A DNA stretch of 64,000 nt, taken from the IMG/VR virus record IMGVR_UViG_3300044961_000667; one strand, 5' to 3'. The DNA is from a virus. Taxonomy: Duplodnaviria > Caudoviricetes. Both the position numbers and the translations under genes were made by a program. The notes beneath the pieces were generated by a model. That model was not told the DNA's origin, did not search any database, and was given only the letters and a program-made list of their open reading frames with translations. Within the stretch, counting starts at the first letter, position 1, and each line of letters opens with the position of its first letter. Shown here piece after piece: positions 27,205 to 36,687 of this stretch.

Positions 27205-27591
27205 TCAGTTGAAGTAGTCGCCGCCGGTCGCGAGCTTCATCTTCTCGGCGGCCTTGGACAGGACCCCGCTCAGCTCCGAGAAGACAGTCTCGTACTCGTC
27301 GCCGTAGATGACAGCGACGGCCGAGCCGTCGTTCGGCCCGATAGACGGCGCCGTACAGTACTCGCTGCCGCTCAGCTGCCCTTCGGCGTCCGCGTACTGG
27401 TCCGGCGTGACGAGGAAGCTGCCACACGCCCCGCGGTGCCAGAGATCCGAGCCCACCGTGCCGCTCGACATGCCGTAGGCGTTGAGGAACGCCTGCACGT
27501 CGGGATCCTGGAGCACCTCTTTCGGGAACCAGTGGATCACGCTGCTGCTGTTGGTGATGAAGCCCACGTTCACAACAAGTCGCATCTGCAT
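27205..27591 (-). CDS. hypothetical protein with GFITNSSS motif
   Basis: GF(V/I)xNSSS N-terminal motif, which I associate with phage proteins found beside radical SAM genes. Confidence 0.6.
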   Translation of the reverse strand: MQMRLVVNVGFITNSSSVIHWFPKEVLQDPDVQAFLNAYGMSSGTVGSDLWHRGACGSFLVTPDQYADAEGQLSGSEYCTAPSIGPNDGSAVAVIYGDEYETVFSELSGVLSKAAEKMKLATGGDYFN

Positions 27592-27593
27592 CG

Positions 27594-28958
27594 TCAGTCC
27601 TCTCTCTCCGTCCTCATCACGAGAGCGAATCTCTCGCTGAACGGCTTGTTCTCTTCCTCGGTCAGCTTGCGGCCGAGCTTCTTCTCCAGATCCGTCATCT
27701 CCTTGATGACCTGGCGCATCTCCACGTCACGCTTGGCATCGGCCGTCAACGGCGGCTGGCCTCCGTTGTGCTCCGCGAAAGCGCAGGCGAAGTAGTGGTG
27801 CTTGCTCGGCGTCGCACACCGGTTGCGTTCGGCGCAGTCGTAGCACCGGCCTCCGTGTGCCTCTCCAGTGCGGAACCCGAAGCCCTTGTTCCAGACAGCC
27901 TGCAGCGACTCTCCTTCGAGCACCGACTTCGGGAGGAAGCGGCGCTCCTCCGGCGTGTCGTCAGGCTGCGGCTTGGCCGGCGGGTCGAACGAGCTGTGAC
28001 TCATCCGCCCACGCGGGTCGACGTACGCCGAGAACAGGCCCTCCGAGCGCGAAGCGAAGGTGGTGCTCACACCAATCTCCGGGCGGCTGATGAAGTACGG
28101 CAACAGCCCTTCGGAGAACGCGATCCGCATCTTCGCGTCGATCGCCCTCTTGAGCGCGTCCGGCAGCAACTTGCCGTACACCTCCTTCGACATGATGCGG
28201 CTCAGCGTGCCTCGCCCGACGTCGGGGTAGTACGCAAGCAACACCACGTTCAGCAGGCCGACCTTCTTCTGGAGGTCGACCAGGAGGTCGATGTTCTTCG
28301 CGACATCGCAGTCGGCGATCACGTGGACGTTGACCTGCACCCGAAGCGCCTTCCGCAGACGCGCGTAGTGCTCCTCGAACCAGGCGATGCCGCGGTGCGC
28401 ATGGAACGTCATCGCGATGCCGCCGCACACCTCGTTCGTGGCGTCGATCACGTCCTGGCGGAACAGGTGCCCCGCCGTCGTGTAGTTCGGGACCGTCCCC
28501 AACTCGCGAGCGCGGAAGAGCATCTCCGGGAGATCCGGGTGAGCCGTCGGCTCTCCACCGCCGATGGCGATCTGGTAGGGCGCGTGGGCGAACGACTTCA
28601 GCACGGTCTCGATGATCGACTTGGGCGCGTGCTTCTGGCGAGCCGTCGAGTCCTGGTAGCAGTACGTGCAGCCGAAGTCGCACCAGTCGGTGATGCTGAT
28701 GTCCAGGGTCTCAGGCGAGGGCGAAAACGCTTCCTCTCTCCACCCGAACTTGGCCTCCCACGCCTTCCGCAGACCCTCGTCGTACTCGCGACCGCCGAGC
28801 TTCCGGAACAGCTCGCTCCTCATCGTGTCGCCGTACGAGCGCCTGGTCTTCGGCTGGGCGAAACTCCGCACCAGCGTCCCCGTCGAGGGATCGAACGTCG
28901 ACTGGTAGAACACGACGCCCCGGAACTCGTTCTTCATCGACCGCAGCTTCGACATCAC
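27594..28958 (-). CDS. radical SAM enzyme with C-terminal Cys cluster (SPASM/twitch-like)
   Basis: CDFGCTYCY, IAIGGGEPTAHP, YVDPRGRM, CYDC...C...C. Confidence 0.88.
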   Translation of the reverse strand: MMSKLRSMKNEFRGVVFYQSTFDPSTGTLVRSFAQPKTRRSYGDTMRSELFRKLGGREYDEGLRKAWEAKFGWREEAFSPSPETLDISITDWCDFGCTYCYQDSTARQKHAPKSIIETVLKSFAHAPYQIAIGGGEPTAHPDLPEMLFRARELGTVPNYTTAGHLFRQDVIDATNEVCGGIAMTFHAHRGIAWFEEHYARLRKALRVQVNVHVIADCDVAKNIDLLVDLQKKVGLLNVVLLAYYPDVGRGTLSRIMSKEVYGKLLPDALKRAIDAKMRIAFSEGLLPYFISRPEIGVSTTFASRSEGLFSAYVDPRGRMSHSSFDPPAKPQPDDTPEERRFLPKSVLEGESLQAVWNKGFGFRTGEAHGGRCYDCAERNRCATPSKHHYFACAFAEHNGGQPPLTADAKRDVEMRQVIKEMTDLEKKLGRKLTEEENKPFSERFALVMRTERED

Positions 28959-29158
28959 TTCCTCCGTTCCACTTCCTCGACAGCCGACGTGAGAAACGCG
29001 AAGCAGGCGTGCTCCGGCCGCACGTAGAACATCGCGTACAGCTTCCTCACGTTCACCAGCACGTCAGACGATCCGCCGTGCTTCTCCACCAACGCCTTGA
29101 CCCTCACGACCAACGCGTCGACTTCCTCCTGACGTACGATCTGAGGGACGAAGTCCAT
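28955..29158 (-). CDS. hypothetical protein
   Basis: 67 aa coupled ORF. Confidence 0.5.
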   Translation of the reverse strand: MDFVPQIVRQEEVDALVVRVKALVEKHGGSSDVLVNVRKLYAMFYVRPEHACFAFLTSAVEEVERRK

Positions 29159-29598
29159 CAGCCGACCTCGAACGAGACCGTCTCCTCGCCGTCAGGCGGC
29201 TCCATCATCGAGCCCCCGGTCTGCCAGGAGTCGATGGTGAAGGTGCCAGCTCTACCGTCCGTCGTAGAGCACCTCACTGAGAGCTTGAACGACGAGCCGC
29301 GGAACGACGTGGAGTACTGGCAGTCCTTCACCTCCAGGACCTGCAGCGGCGTCGGCAACTGCTCGACGTCAGGATCTGCCTCGTTCCAGTCCTTCACCGC
29401 CCTCACCACCTCCTGCAACGCGACATCGGGCTGACGAAGCCTCTCCTGCTCCTGGACGCGGTCCTTCTCCATCTCGTCCATGAAGTCGCCCATCAGCTCC
29501 CCACCGGATCGGCCTTGGCCCTCCTTCTCGGCCTCAGCAGCCCAGAACTCGGCGGTCGTCATCACCTTGCATCCCGTCACTGGATCGATCTTCGGCAT
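29158..29598 (-). CDS. hypothetical protein
   Basis: 146 aa ORF. Confidence 0.6.
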   Translation of the reverse strand: MPKIDPVTGCKVMTTAEFWAAEAEKEGQGRSGGELMGDFMDEMEKDRVQEQERLRQPDVALQEVVRAVKDWNEADPDVEQLPTPLQVLEVKDCQYSTSFRGSSFKLSVRCSTTDGRAGTFTIDSWQTGGSMMEPPDGEETVSFEVG

Positions 29599-29607
29599 CG
29601 TCTCTCC

Positions 29608-30213
29608 TCAGTCGTCGTCTTCTTCGCGCTCGCGGTCGCCGTACCAGTGGTTCTCGCGGATGTACTTCACCGCCGCCTCCGCCGAGGTGAAGGTCTTCAC
29701 CTCGTTCTCGCGCTTCGTCAGCACCAGCTCGGACAAGTCGGGCTTCGCCCGCAGCTCGAACGAGCCGAACCGCGAGAGCGAGTTCTCGAAGATGGCGAAC
29801 CACACATACCCGTCTTCGTGCGGCGTCATCAGCGGCGCGAAGTGCTTCACGCCGGCGAGGTTCATCTGCTCGCTCTTGTCCGTGCGCTCGACCTTGAGCT
29901 TGACCGACGCCTCCATCGTGTCGGACCAGTAGCCTGAGTGCCACATGTCGAACTCCTCGCGGAGCCGCTTCTCGAAGTGGCGGTACAGCAGCATCGACCC
30001 GCCGCCACCCTCCGCCAACTCCTTCAGCATCGTCTTCCAGTCGGGCCCGCTGCCATCGGCCAGGCGCAGCTGATCGCGCCGCTCCTCCAGCTTCCGGATC
30101 TCGTCGTAGAGCACCACAGCCTTGTCCTGTAGCGGCTTCATCTGCTCGAAGAGCGCGTTGCGTTCCTCGGACAGCTTCTTCATCTGCTGTTCGACCTGCT
30201 CGGCCTCGTTCAA
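29608..30213 (-). CDS. hypothetical protein, coiled-coil N-terminus
   Basis: 201 aa ORF. Confidence 0.6.
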   Translation of the reverse strand: MNEAEQVEQQMKKLSEERNALFEQMKPLQDKAVVLYDEIRKLEERRDQLRLADGSGPDWKTMLKELAEGGGGSMLLYRHFEKRLREEFDMWHSGYWSDTMEASVKLKVERTDKSEQMNLAGVKHFAPLMTPHEDGYVWFAIFENSLSRFGSFELRAKPDLSELVLTKRENEVKTFTSAEAAVKYIRENHWYGDREREEDDD

Positions 30214-30227
30214 ATTCGTCTCCTGGC

Positions 30228-30256
30228 AAAGGCCAGGGGGAGAGATCCCCCCGGCC
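30228..30256 (-). terminator. GC-rich hairpin with short U tract
   Basis: GGCCGGGGGG-ATCTCT-CCCCCTGGCC-TTT on the minus strand. Confidence 0.45.
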
Positions 30257-30267
30257 TCGCCGAGTCG

Positions 30268-30387
30268 TCAGCGGGTGGTGACAGCGAAGAGCTGCCCCAG
30301 CACCAGCTCTCTCACGAGGTGGGCTGCGGGGCGTCCCGCGTTCTGCTCACGGAAGCCCTCCGGGTCTGCTTCAAAGATGGCTGACAT
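30268..30387 (-). CDS. small hypothetical protein (39 aa, not in ORF track)
   Basis: AAGGAG RBS; MSAIFEADPEGFREQNAGRPAAHLVRELVLGQLFAVTTR. Confidence 0.4.
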   Translation of the reverse strand: MSAIFEADPEGFREQNAGRPAAHLVRELVLGQLFAVTTR

Positions 30388-30531
30388 CAATCGCTCCTTG
30401 GTTGGGGAACATGCGCTTCCTCCTTCGTCTCCTCCATGGATTTGGGGGGAGGGGAGATTCTTAATCTACCAGACTGGCAGAGTTTGTCAAGAGGAAAGAG
30501 CGTCGACACGCCTCTGGTGGCAGAGCGTTTG

Positions 30532-30598
30532 CCGGGTGTAGCGGTATTCAGCTCGTGTCTTTCGCTCGTAGGCGCTCAAATGCGAACGCCGTCGCGCA
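30532..30598. repeat. dispersed ~70-bp intergenic element, copy 2
   Basis: See copy 1 at 27097. Confidence 0.7.
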
Positions 30599-30605
30599 GC
30601 TCGCG

Positions 30606-31130
30606 TCACCGATACGTCTTCCCCGACAGCACGTCGCTGACCACCGACTGACTGACCCCGAACCTGTCGGCTAGCTCCCGCTGCAGAACGTCTCCGGCTC
30701 CATACAGCCGCCGGATGTTTGCGACGTCGTCAAACGACAACTTCGACTCGTAGTGCTCATGCCCACGAGAGGCCGACATCAGTCTCACGGCGGTCAGCGC
30801 GTCGCCTCTTGCTTGTCGCCCCTTCGACACCATGTCACGAACATTGTCAGCTTGGGTTCCGTCGAAGAGGTGCCTGACGCAAAGCGGACGATCACAGGAG
30901 TGAAGAATCTGAACGCCACGCCCGATCGGACCGTGCTCTAGCTCCCAGGCGAACCGGTGAGCGTAGACGTGATCCTTTCCGTCCCAGAACATCCCGTACT
31001 TCAGAGAACTGCCACCAACCGATTTTGCGATCCAAAGCCAACACGACGACCCAAGCACCGGATGAACCGGTCCATTCTTGTCGACCTTCGACCAGAACCT
31101 TTCTCGTGGGTCTTTCGGTTTCGGAGCCAC
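30606..31130 (-). mobile_element. HNH homing endonuclease with C-terminal HTH
   Basis: RFWSKV, CWLW, YAHRFAW, ILHSCDRPLCV..HL..GTQADN, LADRFGVSQS; AT-richer codons. Confidence 0.88.
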
Positions 31131-32279
31131 TCACACCCTCATCGGCATCACTATATAACACATGTCGCCCGACTTCATCCTCGCCGGGGCGTGTTCGTCG
31201 TCGACGGCCAAGGAGATCTCGTCGCCTTCGGCTGACTTCGGCAGGTGCTTGCAGGCATCGAGCAGGTACATGACGTTGAAGCCAGCGGTCACCTCCGTCG
31301 ATCCATCGATCTTCTTCCGGATGGAGGCATCGACCTCCTGGCTCACCTCTCCGATGTCGGGGTCGTTGGTGTCGAGACGCAGCGCGCCGTTGATGCACAC
31401 CTTCACCCCGTGCGTCTTCGTCATCGACGCCGCCAACTTCAGCGCCTTCTCGAAGCGCTTCCTGTCGACCTGGACGACGAACTCGTCCCGATCGTCCTTC
31501 GGCACCACCTGCTGGTACTCCGGGAACTGCCCGTCGATGCACCGGAACGTCAGCCGCGCAGGCCCCACCCGGAACTTGCCGAGCATCGGACCAGGTTCCG
31601 GCTTCCGCTTGCCGTCCCCGCGTCCATCGTCGAAGCCGGCGCTGATCGTGCGCTTGGGGAACTTCTTCTCCATCTCGCTCAGCACGATCGCCGCCTTCGT
31701 CGGCATGACGATGTGCGTCTCCTTCGGAACGCTGCCCACGTACAGCTCCGGCGTCGGAATCACCGCGAGCCGGTGCCCGTCGGTCGTCACCAGCCGCGTC
31801 GCATCGGCACCGCGGTCGTACAGCACGCCGTTCAGCACGAACCTGGTCTCGTCGGTCGACGCAGCGAACATGACGGCCCGCATCGCTCGAACGAAGCCAG
31901 CCGTCGTGTCCTTCACCTCGATCATCCGCATCGGCACCGGCATGTCGGCGACGTTGCCTGGGGTCTGGAACTTGGCTGGACCGACCGAGACCTTCCCCTT
32001 CTCCGGGCCCTCGATGACGATCTCCTCGTCCTCCAGCGCACGCACGACGTTGAGCAGCGTCTTCGCCGGCATCAGCACCGCCCCCTCCACCTCGATCTTG
32101 GGTGAGGGCACGAACACGATCAGCTCCAGATCGAGATCGGTCGCACGCAGGGTGACGCCACCCTCTTCGGTGCTCAGCATCACGCTGGACAGAATCGGAA
32201 GCGTCGTCTTCGCCTCCACCACCTTGCAGATCAACTCCACGGCCGGCAGCAGCTCAGCCTTGAACACAGTCGCCTTCAT
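31131..32279 (-). CDS. dnaN: DNA polymerase III beta sliding clamp
   Basis: TTLPILSSV, ATDLDL, ASTDETRFVLNGV, TTDGHRLA, IDGQFPEY, GFNVMYLLD, IVMPMRV. Confidence 0.92.
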   Translation of the reverse strand: MKATVFKAELLPAVELICKVVEAKTTLPILSSVMLSTEEGGVTLRATDLDLELIVFVPSPKIEVEGAVLMPAKTLLNVVRALEDEEIVIEGPEKGKVSVGPAKFQTPGNVADMPVPMRMIEVKDTTAGFVRAMRAVMFAASTDETRFVLNGVLYDRGADATRLVTTDGHRLAVIPTPELYVGSVPKETHIVMPTKAAIVLSEMEKKFPKRTISAGFDDGRGDGKRKPEPGPMLGKFRVGPARLTFRCIDGQFPEYQQVVPKDDRDEFVVQVDRKRFEKALKLAASMTKTHGVKVCINGALRLDTNDPDIGEVSQEVDASIRKKIDGSTEVTAGFNVMYLLDACKHLPKSAEGDEISLAVDDEHAPARMKSGDMCYIVMPMRV

Positions 32280-32289
32280 CGAACCTCCA

Positions 32290-32580
32290 TCACGCGGTTG
32301 CGGCCTTCGCTTTCGGTCGGCCAAGGAACTTCCCATTCCGGTACAGCACTCCATCCACTGAGTCGTGGACATCGATCCCGAGGATGCCCAACACGTGCTT
32401 TAGCACGCAGGCTCGGTGCCCACGCACGATCAACGTGGGGCCGTCGATCACATAGGAGGCGCTGTTCGCCTCCTGCTGGTCGGCCGGCTCGGGGATTCTG
32501 GCGGCGTGCGCCCGCTCGCCACACACGCCACATGTTTCATCACGTTGGCAGCGGTAGACGAGGGCACGCAGCGGCTTCAT
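32290..32580 (-). CDS. hypothetical protein
   Basis: ATGA-coupled; Cys/His motifs. Confidence 0.5.
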   Translation of the reverse strand: MKPLRALVYRCQRDETCGVCGERAHAARIPEPADQQEANSASYVIDGPTLIVRGHRACVLKHVLGILGIDVHDSVDGVLYRNGKFLGRPKAKAATA

Positions 32581-33044
32581 CGCTTCTTCAGTCTGTCGAG
32601 GTCCTTCTTCGCCTTCCACTTCAGCTGGTCGGCGGTCAGCAGATCCTTCGGCTTCTCCTCGAAGGGACGCTGCTTCGACCTGCCGTCGAGCGACGCCTCG
32701 CTGACGAGGCGCTCATCGAACCCGAACGGGAACCGGAAGGACTCGAACACCCACAGGTGGTACTGGTTCGAGCCGTCGACCAGCCGCGACTCCGCAGGGT
32801 ACAACTCGATCCCCTCCGCCTCAGGGGACACCAGCTCGTTCTTGATGCGCTGCAGGTCTCGCCAGTCGTGCACCGCCTCCTTGTCGAGGCGCTTCACCGA
32901 CAGGTGCCACAGGGGCCCGAAGCCACCTGCACCGACGAACCGCTTGATGACCTGGTAGCGACTGTTGGTGAACACCTCGCCTTCGAGGCCGGCGGGCAGT
33001 TCAGCTGAGACCTTCTGGAAGCTCGTCCATTCGAGTGTCGACAT
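32577..33044 (-). CDS. conserved phage protein (DUF7694-like)
   Basis: HLSVKR...HDWRDLQRIKNELV..E.EGIELYPAESRLVDGSNQYHLW. Confidence 0.7.
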   Translation of the reverse strand: MSTLEWTSFQKVSAELPAGLEGEVFTNSRYQVIKRFVGAGGFGPLWHLSVKRLDKEAVHDWRDLQRIKNELVSPEAEGIELYPAESRLVDGSNQYHLWVFESFRFPFGFDERLVSEASLDGRSKQRPFEEKPKDLLTADQLKWKAKKDLDRLKKR

Positions 33045-33055
33045 CGACGTCTCCC

Positions 33056-33676
33056 TTACATGCACAGGCGGGCGAAGAGCGTCGTGATGGCGGTCGTTCC
33101 GACCATCACCTTGTTGGTGGCGGGGGCGCGGTAGCCCAGCCCCAACCCCTCGATGATGAGGTTCAGCTTCGCCGACACCTTCGTCCGAATGTCGTCCACC
33201 CAGACCTCCTGGCGGGAGACGATCTCCTTCATCTCGTCGGCGTCGCGTTCAACTTCGAGTGCGATCTGCTGGTACTCCTTCAGCTGGCTTTCGATGGCCT
33301 GCTTGAACTCGTTCACCAGCTCCCTCGCTTCCGCCGAGGTGAGGACGATCGGGTACTTGTGGGTGCGGAGCTTCACCTGCCGGCTGTCGGCGGGCGCCTT
33401 CTGCCCCGGCTTGAGGAAGAGGTCTCCCAGGGTGCCGAACACCGACTTCCCCTGGTTCATCTCCCGGAAGCGCTTCGCCTTCTCCTGCGCCTCCCCGGTC
33501 AGCTCCTTCTGCAGCTGCTTCTCCATGTAGAGGTAGCGCGGGAGGCAGCCAGCCCCTCGCTGGATAGCCGCCTCCACCTTGTTCTCCGCCGACACCTTGC
33601 GGTCGTACGGGTTCGGCTTGGTGCCCTTGATGCGGACCGTCTGCTTGGGAGCTTCGTTCGTGTTGGTGTTGCCCAT
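33056..33676 (-). CDS. hypothetical protein
   Basis: First gene after promoter 33744; GGAGG RBS. Confidence 0.65.
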   Translation of the reverse strand: MGNTNTNEAPKQTVRIKGTKPNPYDRKVSAENKVEAAIQRGAGCLPRYLYMEKQLQKELTGEAQEKAKRFREMNQGKSVFGTLGDLFLKPGQKAPADSRQVKLRTHKYPIVLTSAEARELVNEFKQAIESQLKEYQQIALEVERDADEMKEIVSRQEVWVDDIRTKVSAKLNLIIEGLGLGYRAPATNKVMVGTTAITTLFARLCM

Positions 33677-33781
33677 GGTTTCCTCCGGGGTGGTGAGGTG
33701 GGTGGTGATGCTGAGAACAATCATGCCACCTGTCCGCTGGTTCGTCAAGAGGAAACCAATGGTCCTGTCGTTTTCGCGCAC

Positions 33782-34651
33782 TCAGCCAGTCTGGTCGGCG
33801 CCAACTGACTGCGCCTCGCGATCCGAGCGAACGCGAACGAAGCGCGCTGACCTGGCGGACCCGCTCTTGAAGCGCTGGAACGCCATCACCTCGACCACGG
33901 TCTTGCCGTAGTTCTCCGGCTTCAACAGCGCCTCCGGAACACTGCAGATCAGGCACCGTCTGAAGTCGCGCTTCGTCTCATCCCAGAGCCCGAGAACGCC
34001 CGTCTTCTGTTTCAGCTTGGGAGTCAGCTCCTCGCCGATCAGCACGTAGTCGTACGTCGACTCGACCTTGCACTTGAACCACGCATCGATCTTCCCGCTC
34101 AGCCTGGTCGGCTCGGCCGAGGACGCCACCCGCTTGATGATCAGCCCTTCGCCACCGCTGGCCATCACCTCGTCGAAGTACGCCTTGAAGCCCGACCTGC
34201 GGAACGGCGTCAGCTCGACCCGCTGCTTGGCATCTGCCGACAGCTTCGAGTGCCACTCTTCGAGGATCTCACGGCGCTTGTCCCACGGCGACCGAGCCAC
34301 CGGCTCGCCCGCGGCCCGAAGGATGTCGTAGACATACAACTTGCGGTACCCACGCGCGACCACCGCTTCCGTGGCGGCCTGAGAGGCAGCCTCCAGCTCG
34401 CCGATCACCACCGTGCCCGGCGCCCAGAGCAGCAGCTTCTCGATGCCACCGGACCGCTCCCCGTCGATGATCCTCCCCTCCAAGGTGTCTCGACTCCGGA
34501 GAACGTTGCCCCACTCTCCGACCTCCAGCGAGGCGAACATGCCATCCCACTTCGGCTCGGCGATGTGCGCGCCGTCCTCAAACTGGGCCAGGTTGGCCGG
34601 CGAAACGCTCTCGCCGGCGCCCACGTAGAACTTGCTCCGCCGCACCGGCAT
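33782..34651 (-). CDS. lig: ATP-dependent DNA ligase (minimal)
   Basis: EPKWDG, VIGEL, YVYDIL, EGLIIKR, WFKCK, OB-fold ARFVRVRSDR. Confidence 0.88.
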   Translation of the reverse strand: MPVRRSKFYVGAGESVSPANLAQFEDGAHIAEPKWDGMFASLEVGEWGNVLRSRDTLEGRIIDGERSGGIEKLLLWAPGTVVIGELEAASQAATEAVVARGYRKLYVYDILRAAGEPVARSPWDKRREILEEWHSKLSADAKQRVELTPFRRSGFKAYFDEVMASGGEGLIIKRVASSAEPTRLSGKIDAWFKCKVESTYDYVLIGEELTPKLKQKTGVLGLWDETKRDFRRCLICSVPEALLKPENYGKTVVEVMAFQRFKSGSARSARFVRVRSDREAQSVGADQTG

Positions 34652-35148
34652 CAGGAGCCCTCCTCTTCGTTGGTCGGCTTCTTCTTTCGGAGCACTGCCG
34701 CCAGTTTGCAGACGGCCTCCACCTCGTCGTCGGCAATGTCCTCCAGCTTGTCCTGGGCGAGGTTCTTCGCCAGTCGGCTGATCGACTCAACCTCCGTCCT
34801 GTCGAACGACCGCAGGTGACAGGCCGGATCGTGGAAGCGAACCTCCTCGCCGGTCAGCGTCGACACACCACACAAGCCGCTGCAGCAGTCCAACCGCTCC
34901 ACCTTCTGTACGTGCATCAGGTCGAACATCTTCGCCTTCAGGCGCTCACCGGCCTCCTGCATGCGCTCACGGTCCTTGGCGCGCTTCTCTGCGTTCTTCG
35001 CTCGCGACAACAGGCGGTAGACCTGCTCCCACACCTTGTCGGGGCTGCCACTGAGGAGGACATCCACCTCCTCAGAGCGGATCGGATCATTGGCGATGCG
35101 CTGCTCTCTGAACGACATGTCCGACTGCGAACGCTTCTGGGTCAACAT
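34651..35148 (-). CDS. hypothetical protein
   Basis: AGGAG RBS before MLTQKR. Confidence 0.55.
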   Translation of the reverse strand: MLTQKRSQSDMSFREQRIANDPIRSEEVDVLLSGSPDKVWEQVYRLLSRAKNAEKRAKDRERMQEAGERLKAKMFDLMHVQKVERLDCCSGLCGVSTLTGEEVRFHDPACHLRSFDRTEVESISRLAKNLAQDKLEDIADDEVEAVCKLAAVLRKKKPTNEEEGS

Positions 35149-35159
35149 GGTGTGCTCCT

Positions 35160-35438
35160 TCAGGCTTCGGGTGAGAGCAGGTCGAGGTACCTCGACAGCT
35201 CGGGCTTCACTTCCAGCAGGGCCGACAGGCCGAATCGCCTGATCTGCCCCTCCACGTCGGTCCGGCACTCCAGGAAGACGTCCGTCTTCCCGTCCCGGCC
35301 GACCAACCCCTCGATCTCCGCCACGGGACTGGCTCGCCACGTCATCGCCTCCGGCGGAGGAATGGCGGTCTGAACCTCTCTGGCGGCCACCAATGAGGCT
35401 GCCAAACCCTCTCTGACTGTCAGCTTGCGTGCGTCCAT
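35160..35438 (-). CDS. hypothetical protein
   Basis: First gene after promoter 35519. Confidence 0.55.
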   Translation of the reverse strand: MDARKLTVREGLAASLVAAREVQTAIPPPEAMTWRASPVAEIEGLVGRDGKTDVFLECRTDVEGQIRRFGLSALLEVKPELSRYLDLLSPEA

Positions 35439-35725
35439 CCCTGCTCCTTCTGTCGCCCACTGGGCAACTGGTTGGGGTGTGAGTGATGGAAAGAAGCCTA
35501 CCTCACGACGCTGCGTTCGTCAAGAGGATGAACGCATTTCTCGACTTCAAGTCCCTGTATCTCCAGATCGTTTCCGAATTTTCTGGGGAATTCCCACATG
35601 CAGCCCTCCGAGGGGAGGTGCTGGGGAGATGCGGGCGGGCTCGACACCACCCACCGCGGCAGGCCACCACCCATGGGACGGGCTGATCAACGGCTTCTCA
35701 CCACCCACGGCAGGGCCCTGGCGGG

Positions 35726-35998
35726 CTACGCCTGGGGCATCTCCTTGTCCACGCAGTAGAAGAGCACCATGGCGGTGTTGGCCTTCTCGATGGGCGTGGA
35801 GGACGCTGGGAGGAGCCTCTCGCTGTGGTTGCAGGCCGGGCAGGAGGCGACGTCAGGCATGCCCTTCTTGGTGGCGATCTCCACCACAGCCGGGAAGTGG
35901 CACTTCCTGCACCAGTAGAGCCTGGCGAAGAATCTGATCAAGGTGGGGAAGCCTCGCCCGGCGGCTTTCTGGGCGACCGGGTGGGCGTCTTCATACAC
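35726..35998 (-). CDS. zinc-ribbon protein
   Basis: CRKC...CPAC. Confidence 0.5.
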   Translation of the reverse strand: MYEDAHPVAQKAAGRGFPTLIRFFARLYWCRKCHFPAVVEIATKKGMPDVASCPACNHSERLLPASSTPIEKANTAMVLFYCVDKEMPQA

Positions 35999-36016
35999 CG
36001 CGCTGCGAGCCTGGAG

Positions 36017-36355
36017 TCAGGGGATCAGCGAAACGGGGACGGGCTCTCCGGCTCCGGCGAGCTTGGCCGTCACCACGTAGTCGTACCGATCGTTGACGGT
36101 GAGGCCCGACAGTCCGCCGAGCATCATCACGACCGAGATGATGGAGGCGTTGCGCAGCGGGTGCTTGAAGACGGGCAGCACGCCTGGGCCGGGCGTCTCC
36201 AGCCACACGTAGTCGCCGGGCCGGTTGAACCGAGACTCGGTCATCAGCTTGCCGTCCACGAAGACCAGGTGCCGCGGGTGGGTGCGCCCTTCCTTGGCCG
36301 GATCCATCGCCGACGCCACCAGCTCCGTCCACTTCTTCTCCCAGGCTTCGTTCAT
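36017..36355 (-). CDS. hypothetical protein
   Basis: MNEAWEKKW... good codon bias. Confidence 0.55.
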   Translation of the reverse strand: MNEAWEKKWTELVASAMDPAKEGRTHPRHLVFVDGKLMTESRFNRPGDYVWLETPGPGVLPVFKHPLRNASIISVVMMLGGLSGLTVNDRYDYVVTAKLAGAGEPVPVSLIP

Positions 36356-36393
36356 GGCCCAGGTGAAGCGCGGATGGCCATCTCTGGCAAGGG

Positions 36394-36687
36394 TTACGCG
36401 CCGAGGCGGACGGGAATCAGCTGCCGGGCGTCTTCGAGCAAGGTCCAGCTGACGCGAGGGCGCTCCGGATCCTCCCACCGCACCACGCAGCGCCCATCGA
36501 GGCCGACGCCGTCCGAAACGATCTCCCCGCGGAGCCCGGCTTCGTCCGGCTTGGGCCGCGAGTACTGAACTCGGACGCCCTTCGCGAGCGGGGTGGCGTC
36601 AGGGCCTGACACGTTCATCACGACGCGCTTCTCCTCTTCGGCAGGCTCACGGGTGAGCCGTTCTTGTCCCAGCTGTGACTCGATCAC
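36394..36687 (-). CDS. hypothetical protein
   Basis: 97 aa ORF; start uncertain. Confidence 0.45.
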   Translation of the reverse strand: MIESQLGQERLTREPAEEEKRVVMNVSGPDATPLAKGVRVQYSRPKPDEAGLRGEIVSDGVGLDGRCVVRWEDPERPRVSWTLLEDARQLIPVRLGA

